A DNA stretch of 64,000 nucleotides from Bacteroidales bacterium UBA6192 (lineage in GTDB: Bacteria > Bacteroidota > Bacteroidia > Bacteroidales > F082): positions 10,957 through 74,956 of the forward strand of contig DITE01000007.1 of the NCBI GenBank assembly GCA_002422725.1, given 5' to 3'. A model generated the notes under the pieces. It was not told where the DNA came from and did not search any database. It saw only the letters and a program-made list of their open reading frames with translations. Shown here piece by piece: positions 27,687-38,224 of the stretch (the stretch's first letter is position 1; every line of letters begins with the position of its first letter). Both the position numbers and the translations under genes were made by a program.

Positions 27687-29963
27687 CTAATTTTTGTTTG
27701 AAAGTATCAGCGTTGAAGGCATGTCGGACAGCCATACACTCTTTGTTTCAATTAGCTTTTTCCAACTGTCAGTGCTAACAAACATTAAATCATTTTTAAT
27801 GAAAAAATCTTTTTCCAGATTTCGTTTATTGACAAGGTTGATATGATTTGGTGCGAACTGTTCAATTGCTCTAATGAGTTCCTTTATTTCAGAATTAGAT
27901 TTTATATGCCCGACTGCATCCAAAACAGTGATTTGTGAGCCTGAATTTTTGATCAATTTCTGGGCAAACAGAATCAGGTAAATATCCTTTTCGCTAAAAA
28001 CCGGAATAAATACACGGTCTATCTTTCCAAAACCTTTATCTATCAATACACCAACTGAAGTTTCACATTTATCAATTATCGTTCGGGTTCTATCATCAAA
28101 AGGAGCGTTTTCAAACAAATTCTCTTTTCCAGTAACTTGATTAATCAATTTTTCGGGATTTATGATTTTGGTGGTGAACCCTAAAATTTTCCCCAAGAGG
28201 CTTCCTTCATAAATAGATTGGCCTATGCCAATTAAAAGCAAGTCATATTTTCCTCTGTTCGCAACTTCGACAATATCAGCATCTATATCATTTGTTGCTT
28301 TATAAAGAGTTGTGATCTTTTGATTCAGGGTTACTGATTCCTGAATGATAGGGGCAAAGCTATTCGCTTCGTATTCAGGTGTTTTAAAACGATCCAGCTT
28401 ATTATTCGATGTTAAGTGCATTGCTGTAATGGCTGCATTATCCTTCAAGTTTTTTGTCAATCCGTTGGCTAATCGTAGCAGCGATTTTCCACTTTCAGGA
28501 TTACCAAATGACACAAGTATTTTGTACTTGCTTATTTCATTAATTTCCTGAAAGACTTCGTCAGATTTTGATTTGAACGCCCAGTTTATGAATGCCAAAG
28601 CCGGCCCTGTCATAAAGGTTGTGACCAAAGCCATAATCACCATCATAGCAAAAATTTCGGGAGTCAGCACACCCAAATCATATCCTATGTTCAAAATCAC
28701 CAATTCCATTAGGCCACGGGTATTCATCAAGGCCCCAATTGTTAAGCTATCTTTCCAGCTTTGACCAACATATTTTGCAGCCAGAGCACTTCCAATGAAT
28801 TTACCTGTAACAGCTACAACAATTATCAGACCTGTAACTTTCCAAAGATATGGATCGTCAAGTAATCCAATTTGAGTACGTAAACCTGTATATACAAAAA
28901 ACAAAGGCAATAATAGAACCAAAGCAACATCTTCAACTTTTTCAATAAAAATACTTCTGAATTTCGCATTGTCGGGCATTATAGCGCCAGCCATAAAAGC
29001 ACCAAACAGTGCATGAATACCAATGACTTCTGAAGCATAAGCCGAAAGAATTAGTGTTAGGAAAAAGATTGCGACAATTGGTTTGCTCAAGTTTTCTCTG
29101 GAAGCATGCAGATGTCCAACGCGCCACAAAAACGGCCGAACTACCTTTATCATAAAAAACACATACCCTGCTGCCAACAAAATGGTGTAAATGGAACTTA
29201 CAAAAGAACCCGCTTTAACAATAGCAATAATTACTGCCAATAACGACCAGGCTGTAATATCATCGGCAGCTGCACAAGTAATAACAATTGTTCCTATTCG
29301 GGTTTTATGGATTCCGCGCTCTTGCATAATCCGGGCAAGAACAGGAAATGCGGTTATACTCATTGAAATGCCCATAAACAATCCGAAGGAAAAGAATTGA
29401 ACACCATCAGGTGCAAATGACCGATAAATAAAATATGCCAAACCCATGCCCAGTGCAAACGGAATAATGATACTTGCATGACTGATGACTATCGCATCAT
29501 GGGCTTTATTTCTAAGCACCTTTAAATCTAACTCCATGCCGATAATAAACATAAACAAGATCAGTCCGATTTGGCTGATAAACTGTAGGTTTCCTAAGGA
29601 ATGATCTGGAAATAATGCTGTTGAAAATTCCGGAAAGTAAAAACCAATTAAAGATGGTCCAAGAATTATTCCTGCGACAATCTCTCCTATGACTATAGGT
29701 TGGCCTATTTTTTTACAAATCCAACCCAAAAGACGCGCTACAAAAATAATGGTGACAATTTGTGCCAAAAGTACGGCCAACGGATGTTCCAAATTGTAAA
29801 GCAAAGAATCAATAAACTGGTCCCAATAACTAATTTCAGATTTTGAAATTACTATGTCTCGTCCATTTTCCAATTTTGAACCCACCAAAACAATCCAATA
29901 CATTAAGGCAGAAAATCCGCCTATAATTCCTACATAGAAAATAATGTTTTTAAATTTTTTCAT
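27687..29963 (-). CDS. CPA2-family cation:proton antiporter (Kef/NapA-like) with large C-terminal soluble domain
   Basis: 758 aa with ~12 predicted TM helices. It carries '[16 protein letters not shown]' and '[17 protein letters not shown]', followed by a ~330-aa non-membrane domain with a USP-like tandem alpha/beta pattern. Confidence 0.8.
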   Translation of the reverse strand: MKKFKNIIFYVGIIGGFSALMYWIVLVGSKLENGRDIVISKSEISYWDQFIDSLLYNLEHPLAVLLAQIVTIIFVARLLGWICKKIGQPIVIGEIVAGIILGPSLIGFYFPEFSTALFPDHSLGNLQFISQIGLILFMFIIGMELDLKVLRNKAHDAIVISHASIIIPFALGMGLAYFIYRSFAPDGVQFFSFGLFMGISMSITAFPVLARIMQERGIHKTRIGTIVITCAAADDITAWSLLAVIIAIVKAGSFVSSIYTILLAAGYVFFMIKVVRPFLWRVGHLHASRENLSKPIVAIFFLTLILSAYASEVIGIHALFGAFMAGAIMPDNAKFRSIFIEKVEDVALVLLLPLFFVYTGLRTQIGLLDDPYLWKVTGLIIVVAVTGKFIGSALAAKYVGQSWKDSLTIGALMNTRGLMELVILNIGYDLGVLTPEIFAMMVIMALVTTFMTGPALAFINWAFKSKSDEVFQEINEISKYKILVSFGNPESGKSLLRLANGLTKNLKDNAAITAMHLTSNNKLDRFKTPEYEANSFAPIIQESVTLNQKITTLYKATNDIDADIVEVANRGKYDLLLIGIGQSIYEGSLLGKILGFTTKIINPEKLINQVTGKENLFENAPFDDRTRTIIDKCETSVGVLIDKGFGKIDRVFIPVFSEKDIYLILFAQKLIKNSGSQITVLDAVGHIKSNSEIKELIRAIEQFAPNHINLVNKRNLEKDFFIKNDLMFVSTDSWKKLIETKSVWLSDMPSTLILSNKN

Positions 29964-30142
29964 TGATCTAAAAATACAAATGCATTTAATAGTACATATG
30001 ATTACTCTTGTTCAAACCACATAACAATTCAACTCTTTCGACCTTCTAAATCTGTTTATAAGCGCAAAATAACACTACATTATCATTTACTGACTAACGA
30101 TTCTCACTCATAAACCTTGGTTTTTTTCTTATAAAGACTTGG

Positions 30143-30610
30143 TTAATTAATTCTATGGGCATAAAAATATACTTTCGGGCAATAATCACATGTTGTGGCT
30201 CGCCAAGTGCCCTCTATTTTGCTTTGGTCGCTACTTTTCAGGTTGAAATAGATGCTGATTTCCGTTTGAAAATTACAGAATCTGCCAGCCACAGAAGATT
30301 TTAACAGTTGGCTGGAATAAAAGTATTTTTTGTCAGCCGGTGCTATCCAAACGTGGTGCTGCCCATTAAACTGCAATATCAGGTCCTCACCTTTTCTTTC
30401 TAAAGTAAAAGTAGCCGGTACGTCTGCGAAATTGGTTTCCACACAATGATTGACAATAGCCTGATGTGATTTTTCATCCAATTGCCACGTACTGTGTAAT
30501 TGATTCTCATTCTCCTTTTCTCCTCCGGGTCTTGCGCATGCACTTAGCAACATAGCCAGACCTGCCACACTGTTTGTAATAATCCTGAGTCTCATTTGTG
30601 AATTCTCCAT
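30143..30610 (-). CDS. Putative lipoprotein, unknown function
   Basis: 155 aa with the lipobox-like 'GLAMLLSAC'. The mature part contains four further Cys residues. Confidence 0.5.
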   Translation of the reverse strand: MENSQMRLRIITNSVAGLAMLLSACARPGGEKENENQLHSTWQLDEKSHQAIVNHCVETNFADVPATFTLERKGEDLILQFNGQHHVWIAPADKKYFYSSQLLKSSVAGRFCNFQTEISIYFNLKSSDQSKIEGTWRATTCDYCPKVYFYAHRIN

Positions 30611-30640
30611 CTATTTTCTTAACAATTGTATCCTCCAGAT

Positions 30641-31420
30641 TCAATTAAATTGATTCAAACTATTTTTCAGCTTATTGTATCCTGTCCTGTATTGTTTCAT
30701 TATTGATTTAAATAATTCACCACTTGAAGGTGGTGTAAGCACAATGGCATCGGCTCCTGAATGAATAGATGATTGGATATTCACAATGGTTTTGCCGCCG
30801 GTGGCAATTATGGGATAACAAGGTGCGGCATACTTTATATGCTCAACAATGGAAGCCGTGTTAGAGCCTCCCGTTACGTGAAAAACATCTACCCCCGCAT
30901 TAACTCTGTCACGGAAAGAGAATTCCTTAATGGATACACTTGAAATGATTGGGATATTTACTTTGCGCTTTATCGCTTCAATATCCTTATTCTTAAAGGG
31001 CTGATTAACAATGACTGCTGCTGCACCCATACTTTCAGCAGCAATTGCCATTTCTAAAGAAACTTTACCTTGTGTCAATCCTCCGCCTACACCACATATT
31101 ACAGGCTTATCTGCGAAATCAATTAAGGATTTCATTATTTTAGATGAAGGAGTGAAAGGATATACGGCTAAAACGGCATCAGAATCATTGTTTTCGATCA
31201 ACGCCATATCTGTTGAAAATATCAATGATTTAATATTGAATTTTCCGAGCAATATTCCATTACATTTTTCTGCAATAATATGGGGGGTAGCAATCTTTTT
31301 CGATTGTTTTTTCGATGTTGTAAAGAGGTTTAAAAAAAAGGGTCTTTTCACACTTTCTGATTCCCAAATAGACCCGTTAGTAATACTTGCATCCATTTTA
31401 ATGCGAATTAGCATTGACAA
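30641..31420 (-). CDS. Phosphate-binding TIM-barrel-like protein (NanE/GlpP-like fold; family uncertain)
   Basis: The alternating beta/alpha pattern includes 'PVICGVGGG', 'AAAVIVNQPF', 'DVFHVTGG' and 'PIIATGGK...GADAIVLTPP'. The start codon is uncertain. Confidence 0.4.
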   Translation of the reverse strand: MSMLIRIKMDASITNGSIWESESVKRPFFLNLFTTSKKQSKKIATPHIIAEKCNGILLGKFNIKSLIFSTDMALIENNDSDAVLAVYPFTPSSKIMKSLIDFADKPVICGVGGGLTQGKVSLEMAIAAESMGAAAVIVNQPFKNKDIEAIKRKVNIPIISSVSIKEFSFRDRVNAGVDVFHVTGGSNTASIVEHIKYAAPCYPIIATGGKTIVNIQSSIHSGADAIVLTPPSSGELFKSIMKQYRTGYNKLKNSLNQFN

Positions 31421-31505
31421 AATTGCTGATAAATTCAGGGGGGAAATTCAGAGTCGGATTGAAAGGCAGATGAAATGTAACAAGAATGAAAAAATATGTA
31501 ATGAA

Positions 31506-32231
31506 TCAGATTTTGACCTTTTGCAGAAAATCGTTTCGGTATGTATCGCTCAACGTGAGAATGATTTTTTTGCCTTTCTCTGAAATTAAATTTGTGGTGA
31601 TTTCATCAAATGAAAAGACCTGAACTGCCTTGATTGAAATAATTTCTTTTTTGTTTACTCTGCAAAAATCAGAGGATGGTAGCAATTCAGTCAATTTTTC
31701 AAAAGCTATATTTTTCAATACAAATTCTTCATCGTTAAAAAGCCGGGCAACCTTGTCTCTGCTATCGTTTTCTGATGTTTTTATGTAAGCAATTTTGTCA
31801 AAAAAAAGTATAGCTTTTCCTTTGTTGGTATTAAGTTGAATAAATGTTTTGTTGTTTTGGTATGTCGAATTGCCTATATGCTTTATAGCTTTTTCAATGG
31901 CTTGTTTAAGACGATCAATCTTGATGGGTTTTTTTATGTAGTCCAGTGCGTTTAGATCAAAGGCATCTGCTGCATATTCTTTATAAGCTGTTGTGAAAAT
32001 AACTGGTTTCCCATTTAACAAGTTTGCAACTTGTAGGCCATTCATTACTGGCATTTCAATATCGAGAATACACAGATCGAAATCAAGGTTTGGCAGTTCA
32101 GCTAAAAATAATGTAGGATTGTTAAATGCCTTTACAACCTCCAACTCAGGAAGCTGGTCACAGAGCATTTTAAGGTAAGTTAAACCCGGCAACTCGTCAT
32201 CTAGCAGCAAGCATTTTAGCCTTGTGTTCAA
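31506..32231 (-). CDS. LytTR-family DNA-binding response regulator
   Basis: REC domain ('KCLLLDDE...LCILDIEMPVMNG...VIFTTAY') plus a C-terminal LytTR-like domain ('IAYIKTSENDSRDKVARLF...CRVNKKEIISI'). It has a TTG start and overlaps the kinase gene by 35 nt. Confidence 0.85.
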   Translation of the reverse strand: MNTRLKCLLLDDELPGLTYLKMLCDQLPELEVVKAFNNPTLFLAELPNLDFDLCILDIEMPVMNGLQVANLLNGKPVIFTTAYKEYAADAFDLNALDYIKKPIKIDRLKQAIEKAIKHIGNSTYQNNKTFIQLNTNKGKAILFFDKIAYIKTSENDSRDKVARLFNDEEFVLKNIAFEKLTELLPSSDFCRVNKKEIISIKAVQVFSFDEITTNLISEKGKKIILTLSDTYRNDFLQKVKI

Positions 32232-32964
32232 GCAAATTAATTTTTAAATGTGTTGTATATACTTCACCTTCAGCATATTTATCCAGTTTGAAACTTTCTT
32301 TGTAGATAATTTGTAGACGTTGTTTCAAGGTATCGATACCTATTCCGCCTTTTTCCTTTCTCATTGGGCTTCGCCCTGAAATTTTATTAGAAACGGTCAG
32401 ACAAAATGTATTGTCTTTGAATTCGAACACTATTGAGATAAACGAATCTGCACTTTGCAAGTCTGCGTGCTTAAAAGCGTTTTCAATCAGGTCAATCGAA
32501 ATCAAAGGAGCTAATACCTTTTGCTCATATAAGGGTTCAGCTTCATTGACTAAGGATTTTACTTTTAAGTCAAAAAGCGGACTGACCTTTATTTTATTGA
32601 TTTCAATCAGATTTAAGGCAAATTCGATTTCTTCTTTTGGAGTAACATATTTGCTTCTACTATCATAAAGTATGTAATCCAATACGTTAGCTAATTTGTC
32701 AAGAGCAAAATATGTTTGGTAAGCGTGTGATTGTATTGAATTAAGAATGTTCTTGAAAAGATGAGGATTGAGTTTCGATTCAAGTGTTTGCAATTCAAGA
32801 CTATTGATTTTACTTTCCAATAATTGAAATTTGTCGTCAATTTCTTTTCTTTTTTCCTCTGATTTGGTTAGCCTAAGATACAGATAAACAATAATCAACA
32901 GAAGAATAATTCCTATTACTATTGAGATTAAAACTTGATTTGATATAACTGTTAATCCTGTCAT
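32197..32964 (-). CDS. Small LytS-type sensor histidine kinase (single TM helix)
   Basis: 255 aa. It has one TM helix, a coiled segment, 'LNPHLFKNILNSI' (His_kinase PF06580-like) and a GHKL C-terminus 'IENAFKHA...GGIGIDTLKQRL'. Confidence 0.8.
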   Translation of the reverse strand: MTGLTVISNQVLISIVIGIILLLIIVYLYLRLTKSEEKRKEIDDKFQLLESKINSLELQTLESKLNPHLFKNILNSIQSHAYQTYFALDKLANVLDYILYDSRSKYVTPKEEIEFALNLIEINKIKVSPLFDLKVKSLVNEAEPLYEQKVLAPLISIDLIENAFKHADLQSADSFISIVFEFKDNTFCLTVSNKISGRSPMRKEKGGIGIDTLKQRLQIIYKESFKLDKYAEGEVYTTHLKINLLEHKAKMLAAR

Positions 32965-33046
32965 TTAATCGCAAAGTTAAATAATTTGGCCGTCTTTCTC
33001 TTTATGCGTTGGCAAAAAAGTGTCCAGAATGGTTTAAAAATAGTCA

Positions 33047-36000
33047 TTAATTGTGACAATACTGATTGATGACCTCAAGCACTTTCTTCAATGAAAGTGG
33101 CTTAATGAGATAATCATTACAGCCGGCTTGAAGTATCCTTTTGATTTCATCCTGCTGGGCATAGGCAGTTTGTGCAATAACGGTTAATTCATGGTCGAAC
33201 TCCCTGATTTTCTTCACTGTTTCAATCCCATCCATCAATGGCATTTTGATGTCCATGAGCACAATATGATATGAATGATTTCGGATCATATCAAGGGCTT
33301 CGATTCCGTTGGTTGTCTGATCAATTTGTTTCACATAGGGTTCGAGCATGGAAACCAAAAGATCTGCATTGTCTTTTTCATCTTCAACAAGAAGTACCCT
33401 GATGTTTCTAATGGCCGAATGCTCTTTGATATCCATATCTTTCCTATCTGACAAAGGTGTACTACCTGGTAGGTCGATCGGCAGGTCAAAATAGAAAGTG
33501 CTTCCTTTATCCTCGGCGGAAAGCAGTCCAATTTTTCCTCCCATCAGGTCAATAAGACCTTTGGCAATACTTAACCCTAGTCCATTACCCCTTATGGCAT
33601 TCAACTGGGCTTTCGCGCTCCTGAAAAACCTGTTGAAAACATAAGGTTGCTCATAGGCTGGAATACCCATTCCTGTATCAGAAACATAAAAATGGAGCCA
33701 ATCGCTCCGGTCGGGCATAACAAGGCGGCTGCAACCGATACCAATTTCGCCACTTTGGGTATATTTAATTGCGTTGCCGACAAATCCGGCCAATACCTGT
33801 CTGATTTTTGCCCTGTCAGCTGTAATCAACTTTGGAACACCCGCTTCAACAACGGCTTTTTTCAGCACTAATCCAACTTTTTCGGCTTCCGGTCTAAAGG
33901 TCATGACCACATCTTCGAGCAATTGTTGAATATCGATCAGGTTCTTTTCAAGAGGTATTTTTTCCGAATCGAGACGCGAAACCACCAGCACATCATCAAT
34001 GATTCTGAGAAGCTGATCGGCATTGCTGTTGATAGTTTCAACAAATTGTTTCTTCTGTTGCCCGGTGTAGTCCTCAAACAACAAGTCAGAGAAGCCTACA
34101 ATGGCATTGAGTGGAGTGCGGATTTCATGCGAAAGATTGTTGAGAAACGAAGTTTTAAGTTTGTCACTTTCCTCAGCCCGTTCCTTGGCATCAAGCAGTT
34201 CTTTTTCCATGACTTTGCGACTGGTAATATCGATCAAAAGCCCGATCAATCCGCCTATCTGATCGTTGCTATCGGGAAAAGGCGATTTTGTGATGATGGT
34301 GTTTCGGGTATTGCCGTCGGGCAGGTTGATCACCCTTTCGATTACTTGCTGCTTATCGATGCCCTGAAGTATCCGGCGATCAGCCTCGTAATTACGTTTA
34401 GCTGTTTCGGGGGCTTCAAAATCGAAGATCGTCTTCCCCACAATATCATCTGCCATCTTTCCGTAAAACTCTCGGAACGCTCTGTTGATACCGAGATAAG
34501 TTCCGTTAACATCCATATAAAATAAAGGGTTAGGAATCGAATCAAGAAGTGTTTCGATGAACCTGTTTTTCTGAACAAGTTCAATCTCCGATTCCTTCCT
34601 TTCGGTAATGTCCCTTACCATGAGCAGCACTTCGTCGAGTCCGCTCTGTACCATTCGGGCATCAAACCACTTTAGTTTGCCATCAACTTCAATATCATAT
34701 TCAAATTGAACGAGTTGTCCTGTTTCGAATGCCTCTTTAATTTTTTGATGTGTCAGTTGCGCCAAGGATAAGGGTAAAATTTCTTCAACAGCTTTTCCCA
34801 AAAACTGGTCTGCTGGCATAAGCAGTTGTTCTGGTGATTTCGCAACACAGTCAATAAACTGGTAGTGTCGGTTAAATCTGAACAGGATATCGGGAATGGC
34901 AGAAATGATGGCTTTGTTGCGCTCTTCGGTAATGGCCAGTGATTCTTCGGTTTTCCTCTGTTCTGTAATGTCTTGCGAAATAGAAAGGACACCGGGTTTA
35001 CCGTTCTCCAGCTTGATTCTGGTTTCGATCAGATTGATGACAATGGGGGTTCCATTTTTTTGAAACCCCGTTAGAATAGTTTCCAAAGCACCATGTTCAA
35101 TAATTTTATGTATGTTATTTTTGACCAGAGAGCGGGATTCAGACGAACTGAAGATTTCAACGGATTGACCAATCAATTCATGTGTTTCATAACCATATTG
35201 TTTACACAGGGTTTTGTTGACTTCGAGTATGATTCCATTTTCGTCTTCCAGCAAAATGCCAACCGGTGATGAGTCGAAAAGAAGGCGATAGCGGGCTTCA
35301 CTTTCTTTAAGTGCGTCGTCGGCCTTGCGGCGTTCGGTGATATCCTGCGCTATGGCTATTACTGCATCCTGACCGAAGTAATTGGTTTTAAAAAGGTTGA
35401 CTTCCTTTGGAAATTCCTCACCATTTTTTCTGATTCCCCAGAATTCAAATCGTTGTGTGTACCCTTTAAATGCTTCTTCAATATGATGTTTTATTTTTGA
35501 AAGATCGTTCTTTCCCGGGGCTGAAAGGAAATCCGGAGTTTTTCCGACAAAATAATCTCTTGAATAACCATACATGGTTACAGCACCTTCATTCACTTCA
35601 AGGAATAAGCCATTAGCATCTTGAATATAAATGGCATTGGTAATACTATTGAATAACCCCTGAAAACTATCAAGACTTCTCGATAGTTCTACTCTTGATT
35701 GATACTCCAGTCGTTGATCCCTGAAAACCAAAACAACACCATTGATTTTGCCATCTTCGTCAACAATGGGAGCGCCTGAATCGGAAATGGGAATGCGGTC
35801 TCCTCTTTTTGTTATCAGTAAAGTGTGGTTTGCCAATGCAACAATCTGACCCTTTTCGAGCACCAGTTTCACCGGATTGTCTGCTTTCAAACCGGTGTTT
35901 TCATTCACAATATTGAAAATCTCGCTCAAAGGCTTATTTCGGGCTTCAGCTTCTTCAAAGCCCGTAAGATTCTCAGCCATGTGGTTCATTTGCATTACAT

Positions 36001-36667
36001 TTCCATAACTGTCCGTCGTTATTACTGCATCGCCAATACTGTAAAAGGTTGTCCGGAACAATTTCTCATTTTTTGTTGTCTGCCTGAGAAAAGCCTGATT
36101 GAGTTCCTGATCCTGCAAAATTTTGCCAATTAAGACCGTCACAATTGGATAGACCCCAATAATAGTTAATCCTAAAACACTGAATGTTTCAGACCTGTAA
36201 CCTGATGGGAGGGTAAAAATTAGGAAAAGCATAGCCGCATGAACCACGAAACCCAAAAGATAAAGCTGCAGAACATGAAGTTTACGAGCTGATTTATGGT
36301 GTTTCCATGTATAATAAAATGCTGTTCCGATTAGATAGGAAGCCCCGATGACCGATATGCCCATAACAGCCCCCGCACCACCTATCCAAAACCGGTAAAC
36401 AGCTGCCATAAACGCCGCAATCAAACCGGTAACCGGACCAAAAAACAATGCCGAAAGGCTGATGACCATCGAACGTCCATCAAAGATGATGCCCTCAGCA
36501 AAATGCATGGGATAAAGCATACCAACGATCGTGGCAAATCCAAACAACAAGCCCTGTGCGGTTTTCCCAAACCATTGGTCGCGTTTCCAGCGGTTGTCGA
36601 TAAAACCAGATAACACACTGATGGCAACCAGAACTGCTAAGTTATATACCAGATCGATCCGAATCAT
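33047..36667 (-). CDS. Hybrid sensor histidine kinase/response regulator with 5TMR-LYT-like membrane domain and five PAS domains
   Basis: N-terminal multi-TM region, then five PAS-like modules (for example 'FYSIGDAVITTDSYGNV', 'ITNAIYIQDANGLF', 'SSPVGILLEDENGII', 'AIPDILFRFNRHYQ', 'SIPNPLFYMDVNGTY'). These are followed by HisKA 'LSHEIRTPLNAI', HATPase 'GNGLGLSIAKGL' and REC 'VLLVEDEKDN...MDIKMPLMDG'. I prefer the ATG at 36667. Confidence 0.85.
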   Translation of the reverse strand: MIRIDLVYNLAVLVAISVLSGFIDNRWKRDQWFGKTAQGLLFGFATIVGMLYPMHFAEGIIFDGRSMVISLSALFFGPVTGLIAAFMAAVYRFWIGGAGAVMGISVIGASYLIGTAFYYTWKHHKSARKLHVLQLYLLGFVVHAAMLFLIFTLPSGYRSETFSVLGLTIIGVYPIVTVLIGKILQDQELNQAFLRQTTKNEKLFRTTFYSIGDAVITTDSYGNVMQMNHMAENLTGFEEAEARNKPLSEIFNIVNENTGLKADNPVKLVLEKGQIVALANHTLLITKRGDRIPISDSGAPIVDEDGKINGVVLVFRDQRLEYQSRVELSRSLDSFQGLFNSITNAIYIQDANGLFLEVNEGAVTMYGYSRDYFVGKTPDFLSAPGKNDLSKIKHHIEEAFKGYTQRFEFWGIRKNGEEFPKEVNLFKTNYFGQDAVIAIAQDITERRKADDALKESEARYRLLFDSSPVGILLEDENGIILEVNKTLCKQYGYETHELIGQSVEIFSSSESRSLVKNNIHKIIEHGALETILTGFQKNGTPIVINLIETRIKLENGKPGVLSISQDITEQRKTEESLAITEERNKAIISAIPDILFRFNRHYQFIDCVAKSPEQLLMPADQFLGKAVEEILPLSLAQLTHQKIKEAFETGQLVQFEYDIEVDGKLKWFDARMVQSGLDEVLLMVRDITERKESEIELVQKNRFIETLLDSIPNPLFYMDVNGTYLGINRAFREFYGKMADDIVGKTIFDFEAPETAKRNYEADRRILQGIDKQQVIERVINLPDGNTRNTIITKSPFPDSNDQIGGLIGLLIDITSRKVMEKELLDAKERAEESDKLKTSFLNNLSHEIRTPLNAIVGFSDLLFEDYTGQQKKQFVETINSNADQLLRIIDDVLVVSRLDSEKIPLEKNLIDIQQLLEDVVMTFRPEAEKVGLVLKKAVVEAGVPKLITADRAKIRQVLAGFVGNAIKYTQSGEIGIGCSRLVMPDRSDWLHFYVSDTGMGIPAYEQPYVFNRFFRSAKAQLNAIRGNGLGLSIAKGLIDLMGGKIGLLSAEDKGSTFYFDLPIDLPGSTPLSDRKDMDIKEHSAIRNIRVLLVEDEKDNADLLVSMLEPYVKQIDQTTNGIEALDMIRNHSYHIVLMDIKMPLMDGIETVKKIREFDHELTVIAQTAYAQQDEIKRILQAGCNDYLIKPLSLKKVLEVINQYCHN

Positions 36668-36765
36668 GCACAAATATAGTGACACGAAATGAATAATAAA
36701 CCGTTTGAAGAGAAAAAGATGCCTGAAAGATTCATCTCCGGGCTTCCGGATTAAGGATACCTGGG

Positions 36766-37446
36766 CTAAAAATAAATCTCCGACATGATATTTTCGATGC
36801 CAATGCCTCTGCTGATAAGAATATCGCGTACTTCAACAACCATCTCTGCACTGCCACACAGGTAATAACGCAAAGACGGAGGAATAAGGGATTGTCCGCG
36901 CAACCATTGTGTTAGACGGCCCGGATAAACTCCATCTTTTGTTTCCTGTGAACAACAGCGTACATAGCGGTCACCAAAAAATGGCATGAACTCGCTTTCG
37001 AAGAAAAATCCGTCTGTTGTCCGGCTGCCATGGATCAACATATTGTGTTTGCCCAGACCTGAGCGGATCATTGAGCGGTAGGGGGCAATGCCGGTTCCGG
37101 CAGCAATCCACCAGGCAGGTTGATTATCGCCCAGAAAAGAGCCAAAAGGATTCGAAACAAGCAGTTCGTCGCCCGGTTTCAACTTCGACAGGGCCGGTGT
37201 AAGCATCCCTCCCGCTTTGATGTTGAATAAAATACTCAACTGGTTTTCCTGATTACCACTGCAAATACTATAAAGTCTGGGTGAAACGGACTTGTCGGTG
37301 GTAATTGCTAATACTTGTCCGGGCAAAAAGTCATGCTTGTGCTCGATGGTCAACACAAAAGCATCATCAGCCAGTCTCTCAATATTGCTCAGACATCGTT
37401 TTTGAAGTTTCAGGTTTTTGATATATCCGGTAAGTCCGTTGTCCAT
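36766..37446 (-). CDS. Ferredoxin-NADP reductase-like FAD/NAD(P)-binding oxidoreductase
   Basis: 'PRLYSICS' (RxYS FAD motif), 'WIAAGTGIAPYRSM' and 'YYLCGSAEMV'. I prefer the ATG at 37446, because the track start at 37509 is TTG. Confidence 0.7.
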   Translation of the reverse strand: MDNGLTGYIKNLKLQKRCLSNIERLADDAFVLTIEHKHDFLPGQVLAITTDKSVSPRLYSICSGNQENQLSILFNIKAGGMLTPALSKLKPGDELLVSNPFGSFLGDNQPAWWIAAGTGIAPYRSMIRSGLGKHNMLIHGSRTTDGFFFESEFMPFFGDRYVRCCSQETKDGVYPGRLTQWLRGQSLIPPSLRYYLCGSAEMVVEVRDILISRGIGIENIMSEIYF

Positions 37447-37609
37447 AAATATTGAAGGATTACCCTCGCAAAAATAGGGTTTTTGTCTGTTAATAATTCT
37501 TTTCGACAACTTTATGAGGAGTATCTTTGCAGCAAATTCATTTGTTCTCGTTTATACGGCAAACAATTGTCCATGAATCTTGTTTAACAAGAAACCAAAT
37601 CGCAACATC

Positions 37610-38224
37610 ATGATTAACAAAACAGCTGAAACTACCTACGCGATCCATTCATTATTAAAAAAACGGTGGAGTCCACGTGCTTTTAGCAACAAAGTAGTTG
37701 AGTCCGAAAAATTACTCAGTATGCTTGAAGCCGCCCGCTGGTCACCCTCCTCTTCCAACGAACAGCCATGGGCGTTTATAGTAGGTCTGAAAGGCGATGA
37801 AACATATCAAAAGATTTTCGATACACTTGTCGAGTTTAATCAGTTGTGGGCCATCACAGCACCTGTCCTGATACTCAGCATTGGCAACAGCATGAGCGCA
37901 AAAAACCCGACCAAGCCAAATGCTTCGTACCGCTATGACCTGGGGCAGTCTGTGGCTCATCTCACATTTCAGGCCATGAGCGACGGATTGTTTGTGCACC
38001 AGATGGGTGGGTTTGACACGAATAAAGCTGCCGAACTGTTTGAGATACCCCAAGGGTTTCATGTGGTTACTGCCATAGCTGTCGGATACATCGGCGATCC
38101 GGAAGTGTTACACCCCAATCTGAAAAAAATGGAATATGCTGATCGTGAGCGGAAACCCATCGAAAGCATGGTTTTTTCAGGTCAATTTGGTGAAACTACC
38201 ACTTTATTGAAAAGCAATCAATAA
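37610..38224 (+). CDS. Nitroreductase-family protein
   Basis: 'LLKKRWSPRAF', 'AARWSPSSSNEQPW', 'GFDT..AAELFEIP'. I prefer the ATG at 37610. Confidence 0.75.
   Translation: MINKTAETTYAIHSLLKKRWSPRAFSNKVVESEKLLSMLEAARWSPSSSNEQPWAFIVGLKGDETYQKIFDTLVEFNQLWAITAPVLILSIGNSMSAKNPTKPNASYRYDLGQSVAHLTFQAMSDGLFVHQMGGFDTNKAAELFEIPQGFHVVTAIAVGYIGDPEVLHPNLKKMEYADRERKPIESMVFSGQFGETTTLLKSNQ

Noticed and set aside
31011-31583. 190-aa plus-strand ORF overlapping the TIM-barrel-like gene and the LytTR regulator gene end
   Set aside because: It bridges two minus-strand genes and their spacer, and it shows no motif support.
27650-33000. AT-rich block as a bona fide mobile element or genomic island
   Set aside because: I found no integrase, transposase, tRNA attachment site or terminal repeats, so I report it only as a compositional anomaly next to a truncated gene.
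33923-34525. 200-aa plus-strand ORF inside the hybrid kinase gene
   Set aside because: It is antisense to the HisKA/PAS region of a 1200-aa gene that has clear domain signatures. It is most likely a shadow ORF.
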